DNA of 64,000 nucleotides from Octopus sinensis (Eukaryota): NCBI RefSeq assembly GCF_006345805.1, contig NW_021832220.1, positions 186,001 to 250,000 of the forward strand, read 5' to 3'. Shown piece by piece: positions 37,640 to 50,024 of this stretch (position 1 is its first letter; each line of letters starts with the position of its first letter). The notes under the pieces were generated by a model. It saw only the letters and a program-made list of their open reading frames with translations, ran no database searches and was not told where the DNA came from. The position numbers and the translations under genes were made by a program.

Positions 37640-39216
37640 CTAAAAATATAAACAACAATAAACTATAAAAAATAAATAATTATCTAAAATGTTTCATTCA
37701 TAATATTATTAATTTTTTATGCTGTTAACTTCGTCTTTGAAGACGAAACGTTATTAATATTCAAGTCTGCACTGGTTTTTGATTTTTTAAATCGCTGATT
37801 ATAATCGAGTATCTTGTTCGTGTATATCAATATGAGAACAATTCTTTTAATCCGATTGGTTTTATTGAAACTAGTGTATAAAGCCGTTACTACATTTATG
37901 TTAAGAAGTAAAGACTATAGTTAGAATCCTGTACGCTATTGCTTCTATATCCATGTATAAAATCTCTGAGGGCAATCAAAGATCGAAGCGATCGTAATGG
38001 CTTGCAATTGAAAAAATGCTTGGACTGATTTAGTAAACATGCAGTGAAAAGCACTTAGCCGTGACTATCTCATCTTTTTGTACGTGTCATTTGCTGCTAT
38101 CTCCCGGCAAAAGGCTTGCATCGAGCTCATTGATTGGCTCATAAATGGGGGGGGGGACTTCAAATTGAACCATGGATGTAATACATGTGGAAAGACAGAC
38201 ATACTGGATATCGTAGTCATGGTTACAACATATGTGGGGGGGAAATATTCTTACCAGTGGATATCTAGGTTTGTGGTTCGTTCTTATTCAGCGGTTCTGT
38301 TTCTCTTTCCTATTTCAGTTTGGTACTTTAGAATGTATTTTGTATAAACGGAGAATCATTTAACCATTTCTCTTTTAATTAATGATCTACTCAGATGAGA
38401 GAGATCAGCGTCAATGATATAACAGATTGGTGGGTGGAAAAGGAACAAACTGTCAATGTTCTTAGATTGGAGAACTGGTCAGAAGGTGTACTACAGACTG
38501 AAATCTGTTAAAGTTATTAGAAGGAGAGTGGGTCTGTTAATCTGGTTATGTCTATCACCCAGAAGAAACCTGGACAGCCTGCAGAATAGTTTTAGTCTAT
38601 CTCATTTCTATCAGAAAACTTGGATGGTTAAAAAGATTTACTCAGTATGGCAGAGAGTGTGATTGAACCAGGCATCAAAATGATTAAGTAGCGAACTTCT
38701 TAACCAACTTGGACTGATATTAAATTGATGCCAAAGAAAGGAATTGTTGTTGTTAAACCTGATAACAGATATATGACCAAAGGCATTCAAGAATTGACCA
38801 TCTTTTTGACTAGTGTCGAGAATAATTTGAGGGAGATTTGGCTGCTATATTTTTAGGTGGTGGTATTGCATAGAAGTGGCTTGTATCCAGCTTTACTCTA
38901 GTTAAAATGCAAGGAACCAGATGCGTTATTGGTAGCAGAGACAATACTTTCGGTGATTACTGCAGCTGTTGATGTGTCCCTCTCAAGAGATGAGAGCAGT
39001 ATCAGCAGCGGAAATAGAGGATATTTATGTGCAATAAACGACTGGGCAATGAACAAAGACAGTGGTCCGTAAGCACACTCATGATGAAGACTTTGGCCAT
39101 GTTCTCGTATGACACTCAAGAAGTAAATCCTATAGTGGCAACACGTCTTCTTTCATAATCTTGTCCTGAATGTTCCACAGTAATATTTATACGATAGATG
39201 AGAAATGAATACAAAC

Positions 39217-39271
39217 CTGTAGCAGTTGATGCAACAAGAAATATAAGCATTATTGTCAGAACAGCCCTCAT
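39217..39271 (-). CDS. Gene B coding exon 1: signal peptide MRAVLTIMLIFLVASTAT (55 nt)
   Basis: gacttttccattgcAG|ATG...GCTACAG|GTttgt; paralogous to 18850-18904. Confidence 0.88.
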
Positions 39272-41178
39272 CTGCAATGGAAAAGTCAATTAAAAACGTA
39301 ATATTTGCAGCAATGACCGTGCTATTAGCACGTTCGCTTATCAATCTTGTGGTTCTGGATTCAAGCAAACTTAGTCTTCTTCCAGAAATTTGTCCAAAGA
39401 CTTTTGTTCATATATGCAGGAACACAAGCCTGGCCTTGAAATAGAGCTTGTATTAAGGCTATACTTCCGGAAGCTGTGAACTTTTAACAATTTTCAGCAA
39501 ATTTCAAGTCTTTCCAGCAAGTATACAGATTAATTTGAGTTCTGACTTAAGGAATCAAGGAAATCCTGGAGATTATGGTCTTAAATGAAAAAACTGAAAA
39601 TTTTAGCAAGATTATTGCGCTTTGTGGATTTGTGTGTGCGCACTTCACCATAAGTTTCTTGACGATGCCATCATTTTAATGAAATTTTAGTTTTAAGAGA
39701 TTTTGATTATGATGATGATGAACTTACAAAGTAATTGATGCGAACACCAATAACCACTTGCACTCTGATGCTTTATTTTCCATTTTTAATGAAGACCATA
39801 AACTCCAGGGTAGCACAAGTTGATTTCCTTTGTGGAATTTGGTGAAAACGAAATTCTTTAACAACCAACAGACAATATTATTTTGAGAAAATAAAAAAAT
39901 AAAAAAACGAAAACATCTATCAATTGAAAAATTTATAGAAAATAGAAACATTATGTTAGCATTCTTGACAGCGCTCAGTATTATAGAATTTAGACTGATT
40001 ACAATTAATCGAAAGAGGGCTTAGGGGACCTCATTAAAGTAAGGTGACGGGTTGGCAAAATCGTTAGAACATTGGAAAAATGCTTTGTGGTATTCGTATC
40101 AGTCTTTACGTTCTGAGTTCAAATTCTGCTGTTGTCGAGTTTACCTTTCATCCCGCCGGAGTTGATAAAATAAAGTACTAGAGACTAACTCTACCCCTCA
40201 AAATTGTTAACCTTGTGGCTCATTAAGAAACAAATATTTTTACTGAAATTATTTTCTCCCGTAAGTTTATTATCATTGCTAAATAAAGACAAGTAAGTCA
40301 TTTAATCTTTTCAAGAACTTTTTAATTTGATTTTAATTTGCTAAAATATCTTTCAGCAGATGCCACTATAACTGGCAATGTGCAGAATATTGTCAGTGTA
40401 ATACATACATTTTGAAATATGTAATTTAACTTGTACATTGATATACCAGGAGCGAACTAACAGCTACGAGTTTGCACTTACACATGCATGCTGCATGCAC
40501 ACACGCCCATATGAAACATATATATAACAATGGTGTGTATGTTTACGAGTAAAGAAAAAGAGTACTCAATATTTGTGTACAACAAATGTTTAATATGCTG
40601 GTTATAGACCAGAGTAGCATTTTGTTACTTTCAGTATCATATCCTGTGGATATTCATAGAATAACCCTAAAGTAACCATTAGACACGAACGCAGTATCAG
40701 AGCAGCGAGCTTCTCACTATCGGATCGCAGTGGGACTGAATTATTTAGATTTTCATTTAGATATTTACGCTTTTCTGGATTGCTTGCTATTTACATATAT
40801 GCAAATACTCCTGTACATATATACAAACAAATATACCAGGCCACAGTCATGTATACATTTAAATATTTCTGCTATCGCATTATATTTTTAACGTTTCACA
40901 TATAAAATTTATTTTATTTACTCAGTTTGAAAAGTGTTCGGAAACAAAACACCATGTCCACTAGTAGCTAATACAGTTTCATTGCAATACATGCGATATA
41001 AATAACCTACATAAATAACCTACATATATAAATGGATGAATGAATTATTCTTTGTCTACCGTTAACATGGAAAATTCAATAAACAGTTACCAGGGTAGCA
41101 AAATTCATGCAAGTAACACGGATGTAGCGACCTATTCAAAGGTAGAAACTCCGGGTTAATGTGCAGTAATTTGTGTAG

Positions 41179-41268
41179 TATAAGTAAATAAATGGAGTTG
41201 AGCGCAGGTGTTATTCAAATTCTTTTACTTTAAAAACATCTGCGTTCAACTCCATTTATTTACTTATA
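41179..41268. repeat. Hairpin with 35-bp arms and a ~22-bp loop
   Basis: tataagtaaataaatggagttgagcgcaggtgtt / aacatctgcgttcaactccatttatttacttata. Confidence 0.8.
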
Positions 41269-41484
41269 TATATATATGTTACCTTGGAAACACGCATTGA
41301 GTCGAACCAGGGGCAGCTGATGAAGGGGAATTTTCCTTGTATTGTTTGTCCTGTACTCTGTTTTTCCGTTGTTTTAAAAAAGTCCGTTTCCTTGTTTTTT
41401 CGTTGTTAAAAAAAGTCCGTTTCCTTGTTTGATTTTATGTTTTCGTCTCTCGTTGTGTTCTACGTTTATTTGTCGTGTCCTGTA

Positions 41485-41536
<52 letters not shown>

Positions 41537-41694
41537 TGTATATATACATGTAGATGTAAGTATGTACATATATGTAGGTATATATGCATATATTTTATTT
41601 ATTATATTATTATATGACCGAACGCACGCGTTATTTCTCTTCTCCAAGTAAGTTTATATATATATATATATATATATAATGTAAATATATATAT

Positions 41695-42095
41695 ACTCTT
41701 TACTCTTTTACTTGTTTCAGTCATTTGACTGCGGCCATGCTGGAGCACCGCCTTTAGTCGAACAAATCGACCCCGGGACTTATTCTTTGTAAGCCCAGTA
41801 CTTATTCTATCGGTCTCCTTTGCCGAACCACTAAGTGATGGGAACGTAAACACACCAGCATCGGTTGTCAAGCAATGCTAGGGGGACAAACACAAACACA
41901 CACATACATATACACACATATATATGTATACATATATACGACAGGCTTCTTTCAGTTTCCGTCTACCAAATCCACTCACAAGGCATTGGTCAGTGAGGGG
42001 CTATAGCAGAAGACACTTGCCCAAGATGCCACGCAGTGGGACTGAACTGGGAACCATGTGGTTCGTTAGCAAGCTACTTACCACACAGCCACTCT
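41695..42095 (-). mobile_element. Near-full-length tRNA-derived SINE
   Basis: Minus-strand head gagtggctgtgtggtaagtagcttgct...ggttcccagttcagtcccactgcgtggcatcttgggcaagtgtcttc; family repeated across the window. Confidence 0.85.
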
Positions 42096-42179
42096 GTAGG
42101 AGCACTCTGCCAGTTATAATGCCGAGGGTCTCAACTCATACGATCAACAGAACAGCTTGCTCGTGCAATTAACATGCAA

Positions 42180-42610
42180 GTGACTGAGCAATCCCTTTGT
42201 CGTGTTTCTACCACTTAAAAAACCTCAGATTTTGGAGGTTGAATTTTATAGAAAAGGATTATTTTGGTTAAAGGACTCCCTTTGGTCATGAATGACCATG
42301 GGATTCCACCTAGAAAGTTCCCCTCTGAGGTACAAGTCTGGGCAAGTTTGTTTATGAAAGACCACCAGTCACCCATGCATACCATGCCTCCCCTCCCCAT
42401 GCCACTGATGTTGTCCAAGAGAAAGGCAAAGGGGCCGATACAGCTTGGCACCAGTGATGTCGCAACTCATTTCTACAGCTGAGTGAACTGGAGCAACTTG
42501 AAATAAAGTGTCTTGCTCAAGAACACAACACACAGCCCAGTCCAGGAATTGAACTCACTACCTCATAGTGGTGAGCCCAACGCTCTAACCACAGACCCAT
42601 GTGCCTTCAC
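42180..42610 (-). mobile_element. tRNA-derived SINE of a different family
   Basis: tcttgctcaagaacacaac core and minus-strand head gggtctgtggttagagcgttgggctcacc...gagttcaattcc. Confidence 0.6.
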
Positions 42611-43009
42611 ACACACATTATATAAACAGATGAATAGATTATGTAGTATTGCTACACTTGATTGTTTTGTAAAGTTTATTGTGAGATAAGCATAGTATAG
42701 TCAGGTATGCAGTATGCACAACATCCATAAGATTATATAATATGTTACATCACTCCCAACTCATCAGGCTAACCCAATAAAAAAGTGAGCAGTGACATGA
42801 CGTGGTAATTAATCAACAGGTCAACAAGTCAATGCATTTTCTGTGATGATAATGGATTACTTAACTGTTTTGCGCTATTCCGTCTGGTCAGTTGGGGGTT
42901 GTGCTTCACTTTGATATACATTGATCGTTTAAGGATCCCTTGTAATCAAAGCTAAGCCTTTTTATCCTTTATGTCTCCTTTCCTCTCTTCCTAGTCTCTT
43001 CTGGACTTT

Positions 43010-43083
43010 CCTCATATATGTATATATATATATATGTATATATATATATGTAAATATATATATATGTAAATATATATATATAG

Positions 43084-43115
<32 letters not shown>

Positions 43116-43117
43116 GT

Positions 43118-43202
<85 letters not shown>

Positions 43203-43665
43203 GTTATATATATATATGTATATATATATATGTATATATAATATGTATATATATATATGTAATATATATGTATATATATATGTATATATATATGTATGTA
43301 TATATATATATGTATGTATATATGTATGTATATAATATGTATGTATATATGTATGTATATATATATGTATATATATATGTATGTATATATGTATGTATAT
43401 ATATATATGTATGTATATGTATGTATATATATAGTATGTATATATGTATGTATATATATTATATATATATGTATGTATATATGTATGTATATATATATGT
43501 ATATATATGTATGTATATATGTATGTATTATATATATGTATGTATATATGTATGTTATATATATGTTATATATATGTATATATATATGTATATATATATG
43601 TATATATATATTATGTATATTATATATGTATAATATATGTAATGTATATATATATAATATGTATG

Positions 43666-43700
<35 letters not shown>

Positions 43701-43828
43701 GGTATATATATATATAATATATATATATATGTATATATATATATAATATATATAATGTATATATATATATTATATATAATATATATGTATATATTATATA
43801 TGTATATATGTATATATATAGATATATG

Positions 43829-43899
<71 letters not shown>

Positions 43900-43966
43900 T
43901 ATATAGATATATATATATATGTATATAATATATATGTAGATATATATATATATGTATATATATATG

Positions 43967-44057
<91 letters not shown>

Positions 44058-44089
44058 GTATGTATATATATATATAGATATATATATGG

Positions 44090-44123
<34 letters not shown>

Positions 44124-44149
44124 TATGTTATATATATATGTATATATAT

Positions 44150-44183
<34 letters not shown>

Positions 44184-44185
44184 TG

Positions 44186-44224
<39 letters not shown>

Positions 44225-44290
44225 ATATATATATGTATATATATAATGTATATATATATATATATAATGTATATATATATATATATAATG

Positions 44291-44324
<34 letters not shown>

Positions 44325-44350
44325 TATGATATATATATATATGTATATAT
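43010..44350. repeat. Interrupted (TA)n/(TATG)n microsatellite
   Basis: Seen directly; it produces the YI-repeat ORFs. Confidence 0.97.
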
Positions 44351-44670
44351 CAATGGAATCTGTATCTCTGTGGTACCAGTGCCGGTGGCACACAAGAAAA
44401 CCATCCGAACGTGGCTGTAGCCAGTACCGCATCGACTGGCCTCCGTGCTGTGGGCACATAACAAACGCCATCCGATCGTGGCCGTTCGCCAGCCTCATCT
44501 GGCACCTGTCGAAGACCCGGCAAGACTAGTCAGGCCATAGCCCGTGGCCCCTTCCTGGGACGTAGTCAGTCCACCTGTGCATACCTTCCTTCTTATGACA
44601 CTTGTGAAGACCTGTTGAGGCAAGTGCTAATCAAATCAAATGACACTTGTGAAGACTGTTGAGGCAAGTG

Positions 44671-44705
<35 letters not shown>

Positions 44706-45610
44706 CATAATCAAATCCAATCAAAACAAATCAAAATAGATGAACATCAATGGAATTTGTATCTTTGTGGTACCAATGCCGGTGGCACACAAGAAAACCA
44801 TCCGAACGTGGCGGTAGCCAGTACCACATCGACTGGCCTCCGTGCTGTGGGCACGTAACAACACCATCCGATCGTGGCCGTTCGCCAGCCTCATCTGGCA
44901 CCTGTGTTGGTGGCGCATAAAAACACCATCCAAAGACCCGGCAAGACTAGTCAGGCCATATTCCGTGGCCCCTACCTGGGACGTAGTCAGTCTACCTGTG
45001 CATACCTTCCTTCTTATGACACTTGTGAAGACCTGTTGAGGCAAGTATGTGACACTTGTGAAGACCTGTTGAGGCAAGTGAAAATCAAACCAAATCAAAA
45101 TAGATGAACATCAATGGAATTGTATCTTTGTGGTACCAGTGCCGGTGGCACACAAGAAAACCATCCGAACGTGGCAGTAGCCAGTACCGCATCGACTGGC
45201 CTCCGTGCTGTGGGCACGTAACAAACACCATCCGGGCACGTAACAAACACCATCCGATCGTGGCCGTTCGCCAGCCTCATCTGGCACTTGTGTCGGTGGC
45301 ACATAAAAACACCATCCGAGCGTGGCCGTCTGCCAGCCTCGTCTGGCACCTGTGTCGGTGGCACATAAAAAAAAAACACCATCCAAGCGTGGCCGTTCGC
45401 AGCCTCGTCTGGCACCTGTGTCGGTGGCACATAAAATCACCCACTACACTCTCGGAGTGGTTGGCGTTAGGAAGGGCATCCAGCTGTAGAAACACTGCCA
45501 GATCTGACTGGCCTGGTGCAGCCTTCGGGCTCCCCAGACTCCAGTTGAACCGTCCAACCCATGCTAGCATGGAAAGCGGACGTTAAATGAGGATGATGAT
45601 GATGATGATG
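44350..45610 (+). mobile_element. Non-coding element built from reiterated RTE 3'UTR modules with a (GAT)n tail
   Basis: Repeated ccggtggcac...accatccga.cgtggcc modules; last ~170 bp match the 3' end of the RTE at 7900-8077. Confidence 0.85.
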
Positions 45611-45704
45611 ATATATATATATTATATGTATATATATAATATATATATGTATATATATATTATATATATATATATATATATAATATATATATATATATGT
45701 ATAT

Positions 45705-45738
<34 letters not shown>

Positions 45739-45831
45739 ATGTATATATATATATTATAATATATGTGTATATATTATTATATATATATGTGTATATATAT
45801 GTATATATATATATGTATATATATATATGTA

Positions 45832-45909
<78 letters not shown>

Positions 45910-45939
45910 ATATATGTATATATATGTATATATATATAG

Positions 45940-46035
<96 letters not shown>

Positions 46036-46045
46036 TATATAGATG

Positions 46046-46078
<33 letters not shown>

Positions 46079-46273
46079 GTACATTATATATATATGTATA
46101 TATATATATATATATATGAATATATATATATATATGTATATTATATATATATATATATGTTATATATATATATATATATATATGTATATAATATATATGT
46201 ATATATTATATATATATGTTATATATATGTATATATATATATATGTATATATAATATATATATATTATATATA

Positions 46274-46325
<52 letters not shown>
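45610..46325. repeat. (TA)n microsatellite
   Basis: Seen directly. Confidence 0.97.
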
Positions 46326-47486
46326 GGGATACCTCGAGAAAATACTATACCGGATGACACTCGAGAAATAAGGAAACACCTTCGCCACCTATATCCATAA
46401 CAACTGGAAAAGATACCTCGATGACTGTTTCATCATCTGGGACAAAGGCATAGAGAAACTTGAGGAATTTAAAATTCTATTAAATGGAATAAATGACAAT
46501 ATACAATTCACGATGGACCACAACGAAAAAGAATTACCATTTTTAGACATCCTCATTAAGAAAACTGGCAACAAAATAGAGACAGATAGCAACTATAAAC
46601 CGACAGACTCTAAACAGTACCTACCCTTTGATTCATGCCACCCACAACACACTAGAATGAATGTCCCTTTTTGTTTAGCTAGAAGGATTTGCACCATAAT
46701 ATCAGACACAAACACCCGACACACACGTCTCCAGGAACTTAGAACCACACTCACAAATAGAAACTATCCACAGCCCCTAATAGACAGTGCAATCCAACGG
46801 GTACTTAAATTAAGTATAGAAGACCTGAGACAAACAAAACCAAAAAAGAAAGAACAATTAAAAACCCTTCCCTACATCTCTACACACAACCCACTCAACA
46901 ATGAGGCCTTCAACACCATACTACAAAGCACAGCCCTACTAAAGGGAGACCCAAAGATGAACCGGATCCTCGAAACACACACCATCATTAAAAGTAAACG
47001 GCAACCAAAATCCTTGAAAAGGATTTTAACCCAAGCTACACTGCACTCAACATCAACCACAAAACCAGCAGTTAGAAAATGTGGAAGGCCCAACTGCGGA
47101 ATCTGTGTCATCTTGAAAGAAGGATCAGAATTTATACTGGAACAAGGCCACCAGTTCACCATTAGAACAAACTTCACCTGCGCATCAGAAACTTAATTTA
47201 CGTCATAACATGCGCAGGCTGCAATAGGCAGTATATAGGCCATACAAAAAATAGCTTACGTAACAGGATGGCGGTGCATAAATCACAAATTAGAAACCCT
47301 GATTACCGCAAAATACCGGTCAGCGGACACATAGATAGATGTGCTGGAAATGTAAATCCGAAATTTACAACTAACCCACTCTATAAATTCAGTGACAACG
47401 CAACCTTCACACAACGCCAAAATAAAGAACTATATTTCATAAAAAAATTTAGACCAAGTTTAAACACCCTGGGCCAGGAATACTAA
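46325..47486 (+). mobile_element. Penelope-like retroelement, 5'-truncated (RT C-terminus + GIY-YIG endonuclease)
   Basis: WKRYLDDCF, LPFLDI, YLPFDSCHP, CGRPNCGIC, LIYVITCAGCNRQYIG, RMAVHKSQI; one frameshift near 47190. Confidence 0.92.
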
Positions 47487-47619
47487 AACAAAAGATAAAT
47501 CCTCCGAAAAGGAGAACCAATTTCACCACGGCCGCTACTTCAAACAGACACTCACTCTGACGGAAATATGCCTTAGTAAAAAGGAAAAAAATTCTTTCGT
47601 GCAAATCTGACCCTGATAC

Positions 47620-48115
47620 ATACGATACAGCTAAGGGTCAGACCCGATTCTGATTGGTCAACAAGTTGATGACGTCTAGCTCTGCTAGAATGGACAGGAT
47701 ACAAACAGGGGACAGTCATTAGTCAGAATATTGATGACGTCCTTTTCTGCTTGAATAGTCACCTAACAAGTACAGACAGGGGGCAGATCTAATGTAGCTA
47801 TAAGTCGTGATTGGGCAGAACCTGGATGACGTCCCGCTCTGCTTGACTAACGAAGCGACTGGTCAAAACAGGAAACAAACAAGAGGCAGATATAATGCAG
47901 CGATTGGTCAAAATAATGATGACGTCCCGTTCTACTTGACTAACGAAGTGACTGGTCAAAACAGGAAACAAACAAGAGGGAGTTATAATGCAGCGATTGG
48001 TCAAAATAATGATGACGTCCCGTTCTACTTGATTAAAGCCACCTAACGAAACGATTGGTCAAAACATTGATGACGTCACGCTACGCTAGATTGACCACCT
48101 AACAGGCATTATAAA
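47620..48115 (+). promoter_or_regulatory. Tandem ~55-78-bp repeats carrying ATTGG and TGACGTC motifs, followed by TATAAAA (pLTR promoter-like)
   Basis: About seven tgatgacgtc/ggatgacgtc and several gattggtc motifs; TATAAAA at ~48111; directly 3' of the Penelope ORF. Confidence 0.5.
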
Positions 48116-48559
48116 ACCGAGCATTTTACAAAAACTCACTAGAACCACCCAGCGAACTTCCACCATGGGTCATCACAATTGCTTAAGGTAAAAATGAATT
48201 CCTCGCTCTTTCGGAAACATCAATCTTCTGTATTGACTGCTTTCCACCACTTTGATCTGTTTTTTGTATTGAATACGTATCGCCACCGTGGGCACTGCAT
48301 CGAACACTTTGAACATATACTTCAAACTATATATCAACTATACATGAACTATATATCAACTATACATGAACTCTAAGATGTCTGACTCCGTTGTGTATTA
48401 TAAATGAATTTCTTGTGTTTGACGGCATGAGCTGTCTCTTTTATATATAACTTTTTTTGATAAGGTTCATTTCAGGAACTGAAACATGTTATAATGTATA
48501 TATAAAAATTAAAAATTGTATAATACAGCAGCATTTTCAAATTTAATTTTTTACAAATA

Positions 48560-48590
48560 TATATATGTATATATTATATATGTATATATA

Positions 48591-48655
<65 letters not shown>

Positions 48656-48999
48656 TATATATATATATATATGTGTGTATTATATATATATATGTGTGTA
48701 TATATATATATGTGTATATATATATATATGTGTATATATATATATATATGTGTGTATATATATATATGTGTATATATATATATATGTGTATATATATATA
48801 TATGTATGTATATATATATATGTATGTATATATATATATGTATGTATGTAGATATATATATTATGTATGTATATATATATATGTATGTATATATAATATG
48901 TATGTATGTATATATATATATATGTATGTATATATATATATGTATGTATATATATATATGTATGTATATATATATGTATGTATATATATATATGTATGT

Positions 49000-49033
<34 letters not shown>

Positions 49034-49392
49034 GTATATATATATATGTATGATGTATATATATGTGTATGTATGTATATATATGTGTATGTATGTATTA
49101 TATGTATTGTATGTATATATATGTATATTATGTATGTATATATGTATATATATGTATGTATATATATATATATATATGTATGTTATATATATGTATATGT
49201 ATGTATATATATGTATATGTATGTATATATATGTATATGTATGTATATATATTGTATATATATGTATATATATGAATATATATATATGTGTATATATATA
49301 TGTATATATATGTATATATGTAATATATATATATATGTGTATATGTATATATATAGATATATATATATATATATATATATAATGTATATATA

Positions 49393-49440
<48 letters not shown>
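48560..49440. repeat. (TA)n/(TATG)n microsatellite
   Basis: Seen directly. Confidence 0.97.
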
Positions 49441-49441
<1 letters not shown>

Positions 49442-49959
49442 AAATGAGATAGGGGTTGAAAATTCAACCACCATGAGATAATATATATCCAATATACTGC
49501 TAGATAGGTACCCAACAAGACTAATACATAGATGATAAAAATTGCCAAACAATCAGTTCATCTATTGTATTATATGGGTAAAGGTAATAATATTACCGTA
49601 AATTAATACTACAAAATTAGAGAATGGAGAAACATACTTAAATCAATAAAACATCAACTATCAGATGATACCCAATCAATACTTTAATACACCATTACAT
49701 ATCAGTAAAGGCATTATAAAAAATATACAGTAAGAGTAAATAGACATCGAACTCTCTCATGCACCAAATGGCAGTTGGACAAAATATACAAGTGGGCTGA
49801 AAAGAATAGCATGCAGTTCAATGTTGAAAAGTTTCAAGCTTTATGCTATCAATGGCACTCACGAGGTCACATACTAAAAGGACGGAAGTGGTAAAAATGG
49901 AGGAAAATATTTTTAAAAACAAGAGAGCTATATCAAAGAAGGAATGGTAAAAAAGGTGT

Positions 49960-49990
49960 GCTAGATGACAAGTGTGTGTGTGTGAGTGTT

Positions 49991-50024
<34 letters not shown>

